Sequence record: MG592456.1
DNA: 64,000 bases
Reading direction: 5' to 3' (one strand)
This document shows positions 42,985-52,424 of the stretch, one piece after another (position 1 is the stretch's first letter; each line of letters begins with the position of its first letter). Position numbers and translations under genes: made by a program. A model generated the notes under the pieces. The model made no database searches and was not told the DNA's origin. It saw only the letters and a program-made list of their open reading frames with translations.

Positions 42985-43355
42985 TCTTTGAACTTTTCAG
43001 CCAACGATTTATCGATGATTTTAGTAGCTTCTGAATCGACTCCCGTGAGAAGATCTTCATCAGTTTTGCGAGTTTTATCAGTTAGGACGGGAACTTCGAT
43101 TTCTGTGAATTGATCAACTTTATATGCGGCGGTGTCATTTGTTATCGGAGTTACAGATGGTCGAGTGAGCGGAGATGTAGCAATTTTAACCGCGCCTAGA
43201 AGCACTGTAGCAATCAATATTCCCATAATGACACGAGCATATGGGAAAGCTAGTTTTTGCTTTGCTAGTTTAGCGACAATGAATATCACAAGTAGTGCAA
43301 GTAGTGCAAATGCGGCGATGCCAAAGATTGGTGCGAGTGCTAATACGAATTCCAT
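42981..43355 (-). CDS. two-TM membrane protein
   Basis: two hydrophobic helices; downstream of the SPFH gene. Confidence 0.75.
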   Translation of the reverse strand: MEFVLALAPIFGIAAFALLALLVIFIVAKLAKQKLAFPYARVIMGILIATVLLGAVKIATSPLTRPSVTPITNDTAAYKVDQFTEIEVPVLTDKTRKTDEDLLTGVDSEATKIIDKSLAEKFKD

Positions 43356-43408
43356 GATTTTTCCTTAATAAAAGAGCGACTAGATTAGTCGCTCTTATTG
43401 TTTTGAAT

Positions 43409-44281
43409 TTACTTAACTGGTGTTTGTAAAGCTAAACCGTCAAGCATTTTAACAGGGACGAACACTTTGTTTGTTGAACTTGCCATGATTCGTAGAGTTT
43501 TTTGCTCTTCGATGAAGCGGTAGTTATCAGTCATCAACGCATCAGCCACTTGAGATTTCGTTGCAGCTTCATAAAGTTCGATTGCTCGTTCCTTCTTGGC
43601 AACTTCTTCACGAGTCGCAATCTTGATTAAGTCAAGTTTACGGTCGGCTTTAACTGTGTTTTCTTGCTCACGACGTTCAGCCGCAGTTTCTTTCGCAGTT
43701 GTAATGATCGCTGGGTAGTCAACATTAGTTAGACCCGCAATTTTCAATACAAACGGGGTATCGCTAAGACGTTTGTTCAGCTCTTGTTGTAGATAAGTGT
43801 TAACTTTACCACGCTCTGACGCAATTTCATCAATCGAGAACTGGGTCAAGATATCAGGAATAATCGTATTCAGCTTAGGCTTTGCGTATGTTTTATATAC
43901 ACGTTCCTGTCCAATTCGTCCAATCTGATTGTGGCTACCTTGCTGAAACGGGACCTTTGTAAAAATGAAGTCATATTTCGCTGGGTCTACAGACATCGTC
44001 ATTTCAACTGAATACGATAAGACCAAGTCGTCTTGAGGAATCAATGTCTTGAACGACTCAGTATAGAATGTATCGGATACGTCAAGTAAGATTAGACGAT
44101 CCGGATAACGCCATGCGTAATCTAAACGAAACTTCGATGGTGTGCGAACCTCTGCACTGAACCCGTCTTTCGTTTGAATCTTACCAACATATCCCGTCGG
44201 GATTTCAGCAGGTGTGCCGCAACCAGTCAATCCGATTGCTAGTGCTGCAACAGCGGCGAATTTTAAAATGTTTTTGAACAT
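43409..44281 (-). CDS. SPFH/band-7 domain lipoprotein
   Basis: LTGC lipobox, IPTGYVG, IASERG.V, coiled-coil C-terminus. Confidence 0.8.
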   Translation of the reverse strand: MFKNILKFAAVAALAIGLTGCGTPAEIPTGYVGKIQTKDGFSAEVRTPSKFRLDYAWRYPDRLILLDVSDTFYTESFKTLIPQDDLVLSYSVEMTMSVDPAKYDFIFTKVPFQQGSHNQIGRIGQERVYKTYAKPKLNTIIPDILTQFSIDEIASERGKVNTYLQQELNKRLSDTPFVLKIAGLTNVDYPAIITTAKETAAERREQENTVKADRKLDLIKIATREEVAKKERAIELYEAATKSQVADALMTDNYRFIEEQKTLRIMASSTNKVFVPVKMLDGLALQTPVK

Positions 44282-44355
44282 GTTTTACTCTCTTAGTTAG
44301 AAGGTTACAATCACAAATTCTATTTTTTAATGCGCTTCGTTGCGCTGAGGACTGA

Positions 44356-44400
44356 ATAATACGACAGGTCGGCTAGCATGTCAAGCATTTTCTATAAATA
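44356..44400. promoter_or_regulatory. divergent promoters: sigma70 TTGACA-N17-TATTAT (minus, 44356-44384) and late TATAAATA (plus, 44393-44400)
   Basis: consensus matches. Confidence 0.8.
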
Positions 44401-44421
44401 AAGAGAAATAGGAGGCAGTAA

Positions 44422-44841
44422 ATGTCAATTTCAGAGTTAAACACACTAAAGCCCGGGAGTTATTACTTTAGTGACATCCCGTCGAACTTCAGTAAAAGCG
44501 TGATCAACAATGATCTGAGTGCGTCATATGACTTAAAGGCTATTCAAGAATCGATATTAGGTATTGTTAGTACAAATAGAGGCGAGCGACCGTTCGCGCC
44601 TGAGTTCGGGTGTGATATAAGCAATCAATTGTTTGAAAATATTTCACCTGCTAGCGCATATTCAATAAAGTACAGCATTGAGAACGCAGTTTCACAGTGG
44701 GAGCCACGTGTGTCGATTATACAAGTTGATGTTATTCCGGTGTATGATGCTAATACATACAATGTAGTCGTGCAGTATCATCTGAAGACCAACTTTGACC
44801 GGTCGTTTGCACTAAATACTCAACTAGTGAATCGATTGTAA
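44422..44841 (+). CDS. 25: baseplate wedge gp25
   Basis: AIQESI..I..TNRGERPF.PEFGC, WEPRV. Confidence 0.95.
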   Translation: MSISELNTLKPGSYYFSDIPSNFSKSVINNDLSASYDLKAIQESILGIVSTNRGERPFAPEFGCDISNQLFENISPASAYSIKYSIENAVSQWEPRVSIIQVDVIPVYDANTYNVVVQYHLKTNFDRSFALNTQLVNRL

Positions 44842-44925
44842 TACGAAGCCCGCGCATTGCGGGCTTTTTTGTGTATTAAATATAAGAAATGATATTTACA
44901 TAATTTACACCAATAGGGGAATGAC

Positions 44926-46884
44926 ATGACAACTAACACGAATTTGCCTGTTAGTTCTGGCTCGTTTGAAGAAATCAAGCAACGCCTTATTCAATATTTG
45001 AAAGGGCAGGACGAGTTCAAAGATTATGATTTCGCGGGAAGTCGTCTTAACGTACTAACAGATTTATTAGCATATAACACCATGTATATGCAGCACTACT
45101 CGAATGCTGCATTGTATGAAGGGTTTATTCGCACCGCTCAGAAACATAGTAGTGTTGTTCAGCACGCGCAAGACTTGGGTTACGCGCCAAGTTCAATGAC
45201 TGCATCAACACACACGATTGGAATCAAAGCATTTCATGCTGAAAACCCAGTCGAGATCACACTGGGCACAGGCACTCGTTTTTCAGCTAACGTTGACAAC
45301 GTGCATTATTATAACTACATCGTGTGGGAGCCGCACATCCTAATTGGTGCGAAAGTGGACCCGTTAACACCGACTTCGCCACTATACTATCAAGCCAATA
45401 TCGATCTCGTTCAGGGCACGTTGGGTAGACATGAAGAATACTTCACCGAATCTTCAACGATTACTATTCGAGATCCAGACTTAGATAGAAATTATGTGCG
45501 TGTGTTTATTGACAATGCCGAATGGACGAACTGGACGGACAAATCAATCGTGAACACGACGGGTGGGTCGAATGTATTCTATTTGCGTGAAAATGTCGAC
45601 GGATACACGGAAGTGTATTTCGGTGAAGGTGAATTAACGGATTTCACTGAGAGTTCTGGGGCATATAACCCAGGTTATATTGGTGGGTTGCGTCCTATTG
45701 CTGGGCAGCGAGTTAGAGTGCAATACTTGAAAACTCAAGGACCTATTGCTAACGGTGCAGAAGAGTTCACGTGGGCTGATGATATCCCGAACTTCCAGCT
45801 TGATGATAAGAACATCGACGATAACCCGTATGACGATGAAAACTTTTCGGGGTCAATCGGTGGTGGTTATGCAGAAGGGACAGAGCGTATTCGTGAACTT
45901 GCTCCGATCTTCAGAGAGTCACAACGTCGCTGTGTTACTAAGCTTGATTACGAGACATTCGTGTCGCAGAAGTTCGGTAACATTGTACAGGCAGTTCAGG
46001 TGTTTGGTGGGACGGATAAGCCGGGTTATGTTTTTATTGCGATTAAGCCCAAGAGCGGTTTGACATTGCCACAGGTGGTTCGAAATGACATCGAAGAATA
46101 TCTAAGTGAATTCAATATCGTTACTGTTACCGCTAAAGTAGTAGACCCTGATTACTTGTACATCAACCATGATTTGAGTATTAACTATCGTATTGGATCG
46201 CTGTCTGAAGGTGCGGATTACTTAAAATCGCAAATCATTGACTCAATTTCTAACTATTATTACAACGAAGTTGAGATTTTTAACGCATCGTACCATGTTT
46301 CGAAAATGCTTACGTATGTTGATGACGCTCACGAGTCAATTCTTGGGTCGCGCTGTGACATTTCACTGATTCGTGAAGTTGTCAATTTTGCACAGACTCC
46401 GATGTCTGGGTATAGTTTCTTAAACCCAGTTGTGACACGCTCTGTAAAATCTGCCGAAGTTACATACATACCTGGGGGGTATACAGTTTCTATCAAATCA
46501 ACTGACAATCGAACTGCGCCGACTGAGGAAGATATCGGTACATTATTGCTAGGTCCATTTGCTGCGGGTGATATCACAGATGCAATCGACCCCGAAACAG
46601 GCAATGTGGCGTACGAGTACACGGACGACGATTTCGACCGTGAGACGATTGATGGGCGTAGCTTATACTATCGTATCGGGACTGTCAACTACAGTTCGGG
46701 TTTGATGGATTACGACTTTCACAATTTGGGTGTGGACTCATCAGATTGGAATGTGGTTGGCAACTTAATTATTTCATCACTCCCAACACGTACAAACGTG
46801 TATACGGCAGATGGTAGTTTGATTGTATATGAGAACGCACTTCGCCCACAATACACAAATATTATTTTGGAAGGTATTTCTTAA
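44926..46884 (+). CDS. 6: baseplate wedge gp6
   Basis: F..IK..L..YL.GQ.EF.DYDFAGS.L..L.DLLAYNT, RCVT..DY. Confidence 0.95.
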   Translation: MTTNTNLPVSSGSFEEIKQRLIQYLKGQDEFKDYDFAGSRLNVLTDLLAYNTMYMQHYSNAALYEGFIRTAQKHSSVVQHAQDLGYAPSSMTASTHTIGIKAFHAENPVEITLGTGTRFSANVDNVHYYNYIVWEPHILIGAKVDPLTPTSPLYYQANIDLVQGTLGRHEEYFTESSTITIRDPDLDRNYVRVFIDNAEWTNWTDKSIVNTTGGSNVFYLRENVDGYTEVYFGEGELTDFTESSGAYNPGYIGGLRPIAGQRVRVQYLKTQGPIANGAEEFTWADDIPNFQLDDKNIDDNPYDDENFSGSIGGGYAEGTERIRELAPIFRESQRRCVTKLDYETFVSQKFGNIVQAVQVFGGTDKPGYVFIAIKPKSGLTLPQVVRNDIEEYLSEFNIVTVTAKVVDPDYLYINHDLSINYRIGSLSEGADYLKSQIIDSISNYYYNEVEIFNASYHVSKMLTYVDDAHESILGSRCDISLIREVVNFAQTPMSGYSFLNPVVTRSVKSAEVTYIPGGYTVSIKSTDNRTAPTEEDIGTLLLGPFAAGDITDAIDPETGNVAYEYTDDDFDRETIDGRSLYYRIGTVNYSSGLMDYDFHNLGVDSSDWNVVGNLIISSLPTRTNVYTADGSLIVYENALRPQYTNIILEGIS

Positions 46885-49800
46885 TGGCTGACTTACTGCA
46901 AGCGCCTCCGATTACGGAGGTTAACATCGACAAACTGACACGGAACTATGTTGAGCTTTCGTGGTCGCCTGTGGGTGAAAACTTTAGATATGAAATCCAG
47001 CTACGCTCGGCAGTTCTTGCCCCACTGATCGAACTACAGCAGTTCGCACCTATATACCCAAATACGTATACGGGTGAGACGAGTTTATTTGCAAATATCA
47101 ACTCATCGGTGCGCTACTATCAGTGGCGCATCCGATCAGTATATACAAATTTCGCCCCGGGTGAGTGGACTGAGTCTGATATTGGATACACGACTGAATC
47201 TAACGATTACATCGTATCCTCTCAACTTGAGTTTACACCCGCTGCCTCATTCATTGAAGCGCGTTTGAATGGTGACGATGACAAATACTTAAACGAGCGT
47301 AACACTCTACAGGCAACATTGGTGCGCCCGGGGTATGAATTCAACACGAATATGTCCAACGTTGAATCTGCGGCATATTGGTTCGTCACAAACCCTGAGT
47401 TTAGTGCAAACTACGGGCAGATTCCCACGGTCTGTCAAAATCGAAATCGCGTGATTCCATCCGTTATTGATGATGTGATCTACGCATTTGAGCGTTGGCA
47501 AGAAGTTTGTAAAATTTCGAATGATGGTGGTAAAACTTGGTTTACATATCGAGCAACGAACTCGCGCCTTGGCAATCCTGTGTATGACTGTATTTGTAAG
47601 CAATCTGATACATTCAGCTACCTTCTTGGGTACGACTATCTGATTCAAGGTGTTGCGTCGACGGATGTTGATTACTCGCATGATATTCAAACTGAGTACT
47701 CTCATGCATCGGTTGATTTGACGTTTGATAAATTAGATGTTGATTTAGGATTCGGATTTGTGGTTGAACGATTTAAAGATCTAGCAATACTGCCACCACA
47801 AGTACGACATACCGCGGATGCGTTTGGTGTAGATAACGTAATGACCGTCGTTAGTTCGGGTAACACTTATGTGTGGCACAACAACCGAATCCCGACCATT
47901 TACGATAATGTGTCATCTGATTTATACGGTGAGCGTATTTTTGAATACACATCAGTAGTTAATGACGAGCCTGTATTCTTTGAAGATTATATCGTGCGTG
48001 ATGATGTAAGTCGACCACTGTTTGACGAGACAACCGCTGACGTAGTGGTCTCTAAGATTGAATATTTCAAAGACCCCGATATTGGCGTTGATTATCAAGA
48101 CGGCTCTATGTATGCACTTGTTTTAGGTGAGTGGGAACATGATTCTTCAGGAAAGCGTATTGGGATATCAGATCCGAATGAAATTCGTGGTGTATATCAA
48201 CTGCAACGCGAAACGATCATGGATGAACTGATTGTTGTTGGCTACACAAACTTGAGTTGGGATCGTGTGTACGGGCTCAGTCAAGGTGAACGTAATTTGA
48301 TCAATGAGAGAACTGTTATGTCTCGTGACAACGATCACCTGATCGTAGGTCATGACTTAGCTGTCAATTATGGTGCTGAGGGTGAACCTGTCTATGACAA
48401 TCGCCAAGAATCTAGCGGAGCTCCGGGCAATTATCACTCAACACTCGGTAGTGAATACGGTACAATTGATGACCCATTACTTGTTATTGGCGACGATGGT
48501 GTTTCAGAAGCGGTGAGAATGTTCACCAAGCCATTCTTTACGACTCACAAACAGCCATTTAAGCAGATCATTGCGACGAAAGACGGTATTGCGTGGGATC
48601 ATAAGCCACAGGATTATTACGGTTCAGCGAATTTCAATTGGATGCATCGTGCTCAAACTCGCGACTGGAAATCGTGGGCAAATGATATCATGTACTACAA
48701 GACGACTTCTCTATTCCGTCGCGATTTTGTCGGCGACTGGCAAGAAACTTACGATCGTGGCGAGTACAAGTTAGAAGCACCTGATCTTAATGTATTTGGG
48801 TATAACGGATATGCCGATGGGGCAATCATTCATTCTGCGAATGACAACAAGGTAATCGGATATTACAAGTTCCCATATCGCGTAGCGGAAACCGCACCGA
48901 TAGTTTGGTCGCCATCACGTCGCGTAATCGAAGCTAGTATGACAAATTATGTCCCGGTTATTGTCGAGCCGGACGCGCCAGATCCGACTACTATGCTAGA
49001 CCCAACCCTTACGCCACTCATCTACAAGATGATGCCAGAAAACTATTTAGACGCGGATGGATTCTACCAATCTTTCGCAAAGCATTACTTAGATTTCATT
49101 AGTAAAGGTGACGGTACAGCGTACAGCAACGTATACAATTTACTGAACAGTCAGAACCCACTTGACGATCATTATACTGAATATTTTCACAAGTTGATTT
49201 ACGAGCGCAATAGAACGCTTGATGTTGAGAAAAAGGACGCAGTTGTTAAGTTTTTCTTAGCGCGTCGAGCCGACTTCTACAGCACAAAGGGTATCATAGA
49301 CTCGTACAAGTTCTTATTCAAATTGCTTTACAATGAAGATTTAGACGTTGAAATTGAATCTCTAAACGTATTTGAATACTCAGTTGTTGTTGCTTCAAAT
49401 GACGTGACATCTGACATCGTCGGGACTCGAATAAACTCGACTGACGGGCAAGCGGATGTGACGTATATATCCCGAACTTACATTGAAGGGAAGCGATATT
49501 GGAAATTGACGTTGAACAACCTAATTGGTGAATTTAATGTCGGTGATACTATTGAAAGTGAACACGATTCTGAGTTTTCCGCAACTGCATTGACTTCAGT
49601 TCAAGGGGTTCGCTCAGATTATGACTCAAATGAGTTTTTAGACCGCAGTAAGGCATATTATGTCATGAAACTCCGTTCAGAAATGCAATTAAGTCAGTAC
49701 AAAGACGACGTGATTCGATTTGTACACCCAGTCGGATTTGGATTCTTAGGTATTACTCTACTAACGGTATTGATCAATCAGGGTATTTCAGTAGAACATC

Positions 49801-50372
49801 ATGAAACCGTCATTGATACGTTTCGTTCGATTCGATATGATAATGGAATTGGGTTAGGATTTACTGAAGAAACCTCATTTTTAGATATATCTGATAATCG
49901 ACAGTATAATGAATTCAATGAATTATTATTGAAGCCGAACCCATCGAATGGCCTTGAGCCGCTAGATGTTGTAATTCATGACCGTGTTGCGGGTATCCCC
50001 GGTATCACAGAGACTGAATACAACGAGTACTGGGCAAATTCACGCCAAATTAGTGTCAATGAGTATGCGCCTGTAGATGCAGTGCGATACACAGAGATAA
50101 ATACAGGCGATATGAATGACGAATGGGGTGGGGTGCAGAGAGTGATAAACCCAGATTACAACCCAGTTGCCAAAATACAAAGCGCAGATATAAATGGATC
50201 AGTTCAATGGTCGATGACTGCATACGAACGAGCGCCATCATTCATGCTCGATATGTCAACTGCGGCAACGTCAATGTCTGAAATGTACAGAGACGAAGAA
50301 CTACGATTGAAAGACAATATTGGCAACCCATATGACCCTGAAGTGGCAAGCCAAAAACGAATAGGTGAATAA
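46884..50372 (+). CDS. 7: baseplate wedge initiator gp7
   Basis: FN3-like N-terminus, FYSTKG...SY.FLFKLLYNE, RFVHPVGFGF. Confidence 0.9.
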   Translation: MADLLQAPPITEVNIDKLTRNYVELSWSPVGENFRYEIQLRSAVLAPLIELQQFAPIYPNTYTGETSLFANINSSVRYYQWRIRSVYTNFAPGEWTESDIGYTTESNDYIVSSQLEFTPAASFIEARLNGDDDKYLNERNTLQATLVRPGYEFNTNMSNVESAAYWFVTNPEFSANYGQIPTVCQNRNRVIPSVIDDVIYAFERWQEVCKISNDGGKTWFTYRATNSRLGNPVYDCICKQSDTFSYLLGYDYLIQGVASTDVDYSHDIQTEYSHASVDLTFDKLDVDLGFGFVVERFKDLAILPPQVRHTADAFGVDNVMTVVSSGNTYVWHNNRIPTIYDNVSSDLYGERIFEYTSVVNDEPVFFEDYIVRDDVSRPLFDETTADVVVSKIEYFKDPDIGVDYQDGSMYALVLGEWEHDSSGKRIGISDPNEIRGVYQLQRETIMDELIVVGYTNLSWDRVYGLSQGERNLINERTVMSRDNDHLIVGHDLAVNYGAEGEPVYDNRQESSGAPGNYHSTLGSEYGTIDDPLLVIGDDGVSEAVRMFTKPFFTTHKQPFKQIIATKDGIAWDHKPQDYYGSANFNWMHRAQTRDWKSWANDIMYYKTTSLFRRDFVGDWQETYDRGEYKLEAPDLNVFGYNGYADGAIIHSANDNKVIGYYKFPYRVAETAPIVWSPSRRVIEASMTNYVPVIVEPDAPDPTTMLDPTLTPLIYKMMPENYLDADGFYQSFAKHYLDFISKGDGTAYSNVYNLLNSQNPLDDHYTEYFHKLIYERNRTLDVEKKDAVVKFFLARRADFYSTKGIIDSYKFLFKLLYNEDLDVEIESLNVFEYSVVVASNDVTSDIVGTRINSTDGQADVTYISRTYIEGKRYWKLTLNNLIGEFNVGDTIESEHDSEFSATALTSVQGVRSDYDSNEFLDRSKAYYVMKLRSEMQLSQYKDDVIRFVHPVGFGFLGITLLTVLINQGISVEHHETVIDTFRSIRYDNGIGLGFTEETSFLDISDNRQYNEFNELLLKPNPSNGLEPLDVVIHDRVAGIPGITETEYNEYWANSRQISVNEYAPVDAVRYTEINTGDMNDEWGGVQRVINPDYNPVAKIQSADINGSVQWSMTAYERAPSFMLDMSTAATSMSEMYRDEELRLKDNIGNPYDPEVASQKRIGE

Positions 50373-51396
50373 CGTGGCAAAAATTTATAGATCTACGATC
50401 ACAACTGAATATCGAGTGAATAACTTGATGAACTTTTATGACAAAATTGGTGACGCTGATGATCTGAACACGGTGTATCTCATGTTCGGGCGTCCACAGC
50501 CATGGTCAGACCGCGAGGACGAAATAAACTTCGCGCCTCCATACCCTAACGATACCCCAGATGGTCAAGCTGACGTCTGGGCTCGTCAGATGGGCATGAT
50601 TAAAATTCCAAAGGCGCAATTGCGCCCTGTTATACCGCGTAAGGATTGGGGAGATCCGGATCTGAATAATGCACTGAACTTCACGTTTGGAGACATTGTA
50701 ACGGTCAATACAATGTCTGTCAACCGCCACCCGAGTGCTTTGAATGGTTACATGGTATATCGATGCATTGATGTGCCTGAAACAGATCCGAACAACTCGA
50801 ATATCCGCGGTACATGTTCGGTCGGTTCAGTGACAGACAAGGGTGACTGTGTTGCAATTGGTGGGACGTGGTCAGCCCCGTCTTCACCCGGCAACATCGA
50901 GAATATCCCGCACGGTACGAGTAATGCCGTTGACACTCTAGATGGCTACGTATGGGAGTATTTGTACACCATACCACCCAGTGAAGTGTTGACGAACGTT
51001 ACTCGCGAATACATAGTCTGTCCATTCCCCGACGATGTTGTGAATGACCGTGCGGCATGGGGATTAGACCAAAACATCGTGTATAACGCGGACTATGACG
51101 ATACGATCTTCAGTGTAGGGGCTGTTAATCTGAGATTTCGAGCTAAATTGAGTGGGTCTGACTTTATTCACTTGTTTGGTCCCGGAAACACGGGATATCG
51201 ACAGATTTCTATTGTTCAAAACCCATTACTATTGCGCGAAGATAATTCCGTTATTGATGTTAAGGCAACTGGCAATTTATACTCGCCACATGAGATACAA
51301 GAAGGGGCTGGGCAGATGATTTACATGGAAAATCGACAGCCGATCCGAAAAACGTTGGATCAAGTGGAAGAGTTCAACATTATATACAGCTTTTAG
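50365..51396 (+). CDS. 8: baseplate wedge gp8
   Basis: FGR..PW...E, PPYP.D, VYRC, DGY.WEYLYTIP, YMENR.PI. Confidence 0.95.
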   Translation: MNNVAKIYRSTITTEYRVNNLMNFYDKIGDADDLNTVYLMFGRPQPWSDREDEINFAPPYPNDTPDGQADVWARQMGMIKIPKAQLRPVIPRKDWGDPDLNNALNFTFGDIVTVNTMSVNRHPSALNGYMVYRCIDVPETDPNNSNIRGTCSVGSVTDKGDCVAIGGTWSAPSSPGNIENIPHGTSNAVDTLDGYVWEYLYTIPPSEVLTNVTREYIVCPFPDDVVNDRAAWGLDQNIVYNADYDDTIFSVGAVNLRFRAKLSGSDFIHLFGPGNTGYRQISIVQNPLLLREDNSVIDVKATGNLYSPHEIQEGAGQMIYMENRQPIRKTLDQVEEFNIIYSF

Positions 51397-51446
51397 TTCA
51401 ACTAAATAAATAAATAAACTCACGGGGCTCGATTAGAACCCCTTTC

Positions 51447-52415
51447 TTGGAGATAGAAATGGGAAGAAGCAGACTAGAAACAGGTACTGCGGGTTCTGTT
51501 GGTACAGGTGACACGATTCACAATGGGGGTAACAAGCTACGTGACAACTCAGACGAGTTTTATCACATTGCAGCCGACTTCGAGCTAACTGACGCTGGCG
51601 AGGGTTATCTACCTGCGTACAACGACGTTGCCCCGCGACCTCACGCAGGTGGTTACTGGCAGAGAATTCCTGCAAGTTCAACCGCAGGTGGCTCAGGCGG
51701 TCCAAACTCGACGAACTTACTGTCATCAATTGTGACCGGTGGTAAGTATGATGTCGATACGTCATCATTAGGTGGTGGTGCAAGCATGGCTTTGTTATTG
51801 CCTAAGATCGGGACGGCGGCAGGTATGGCTAAACGCGGTGAGCAGATTCACTTCCAAAACACGACCGCGACACTTGACACAAATCCGGTCGTATTGACAC
51901 CCGCAGCGGGCGACGCATTAGTCGGCGCATCTGAGACGAACGGCACGACAATCGTACGGACCAATCGTAGTGTTATAACGTGTACTGTCATCGATGATGG
52001 GACTGGCATTGCGGGTACTCCTCAGTGGGGTGTTCGAATTGAAGCCGTAGTTGGCGACTTTGGCGCACCGGTTAATGATACGATTTACTCAATCCCAAAA
52101 ACAACAACTGTCACTCTCCCGCTATTCGATAGCAGTTCATATGCAGCAGTTAAGTTGATGGTGTACTGCGAAAACAGTGACCCATCCCTAGGTGGTGCGG
52201 TAACACGCAGAAGTACGTCGGAATTATTAGTGTTAAATAACATTACAAACGTTTATGTTGATGAATACTCAGTAATCAACACCGACAAAGATTTTGGGAA
52301 CTTAGTTTTGATTAGTCCACGCATTGATGCTGGTGAAGTTGTTATTGATATTACATCTAATGACGATAACGTATCAATTGCTGTTAAGTCAATCGAAACA
52401 ATCAGACTTTCGTAA
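51447..52415 (+). CDS. 9: baseplate tail-fibre connector gp9
   Basis: G..G..GTGD....GG.KL..N..E.Y N-terminal motif; start could be the ATG at 51459. Confidence 0.8.
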   Translation: MEIEMGRSRLETGTAGSVGTGDTIHNGGNKLRDNSDEFYHIAADFELTDAGEGYLPAYNDVAPRPHAGGYWQRIPASSTAGGSGGPNSTNLLSSIVTGGKYDVDTSSLGGGASMALLLPKIGTAAGMAKRGEQIHFQNTTATLDTNPVVLTPAAGDALVGASETNGTTIVRTNRSVITCTVIDDGTGIAGTPQWGVRIEAVVGDFGAPVNDTIYSIPKTTTVTLPLFDSSSYAAVKLMVYCENSDPSLGGAVTRRSTSELLVLNNITNVYVDEYSVINTDKDFGNLVLISPRIDAGEVVIDITSNDDNVSIAVKSIETIRLS

Positions 52416-52424
52416 GGGACAATA

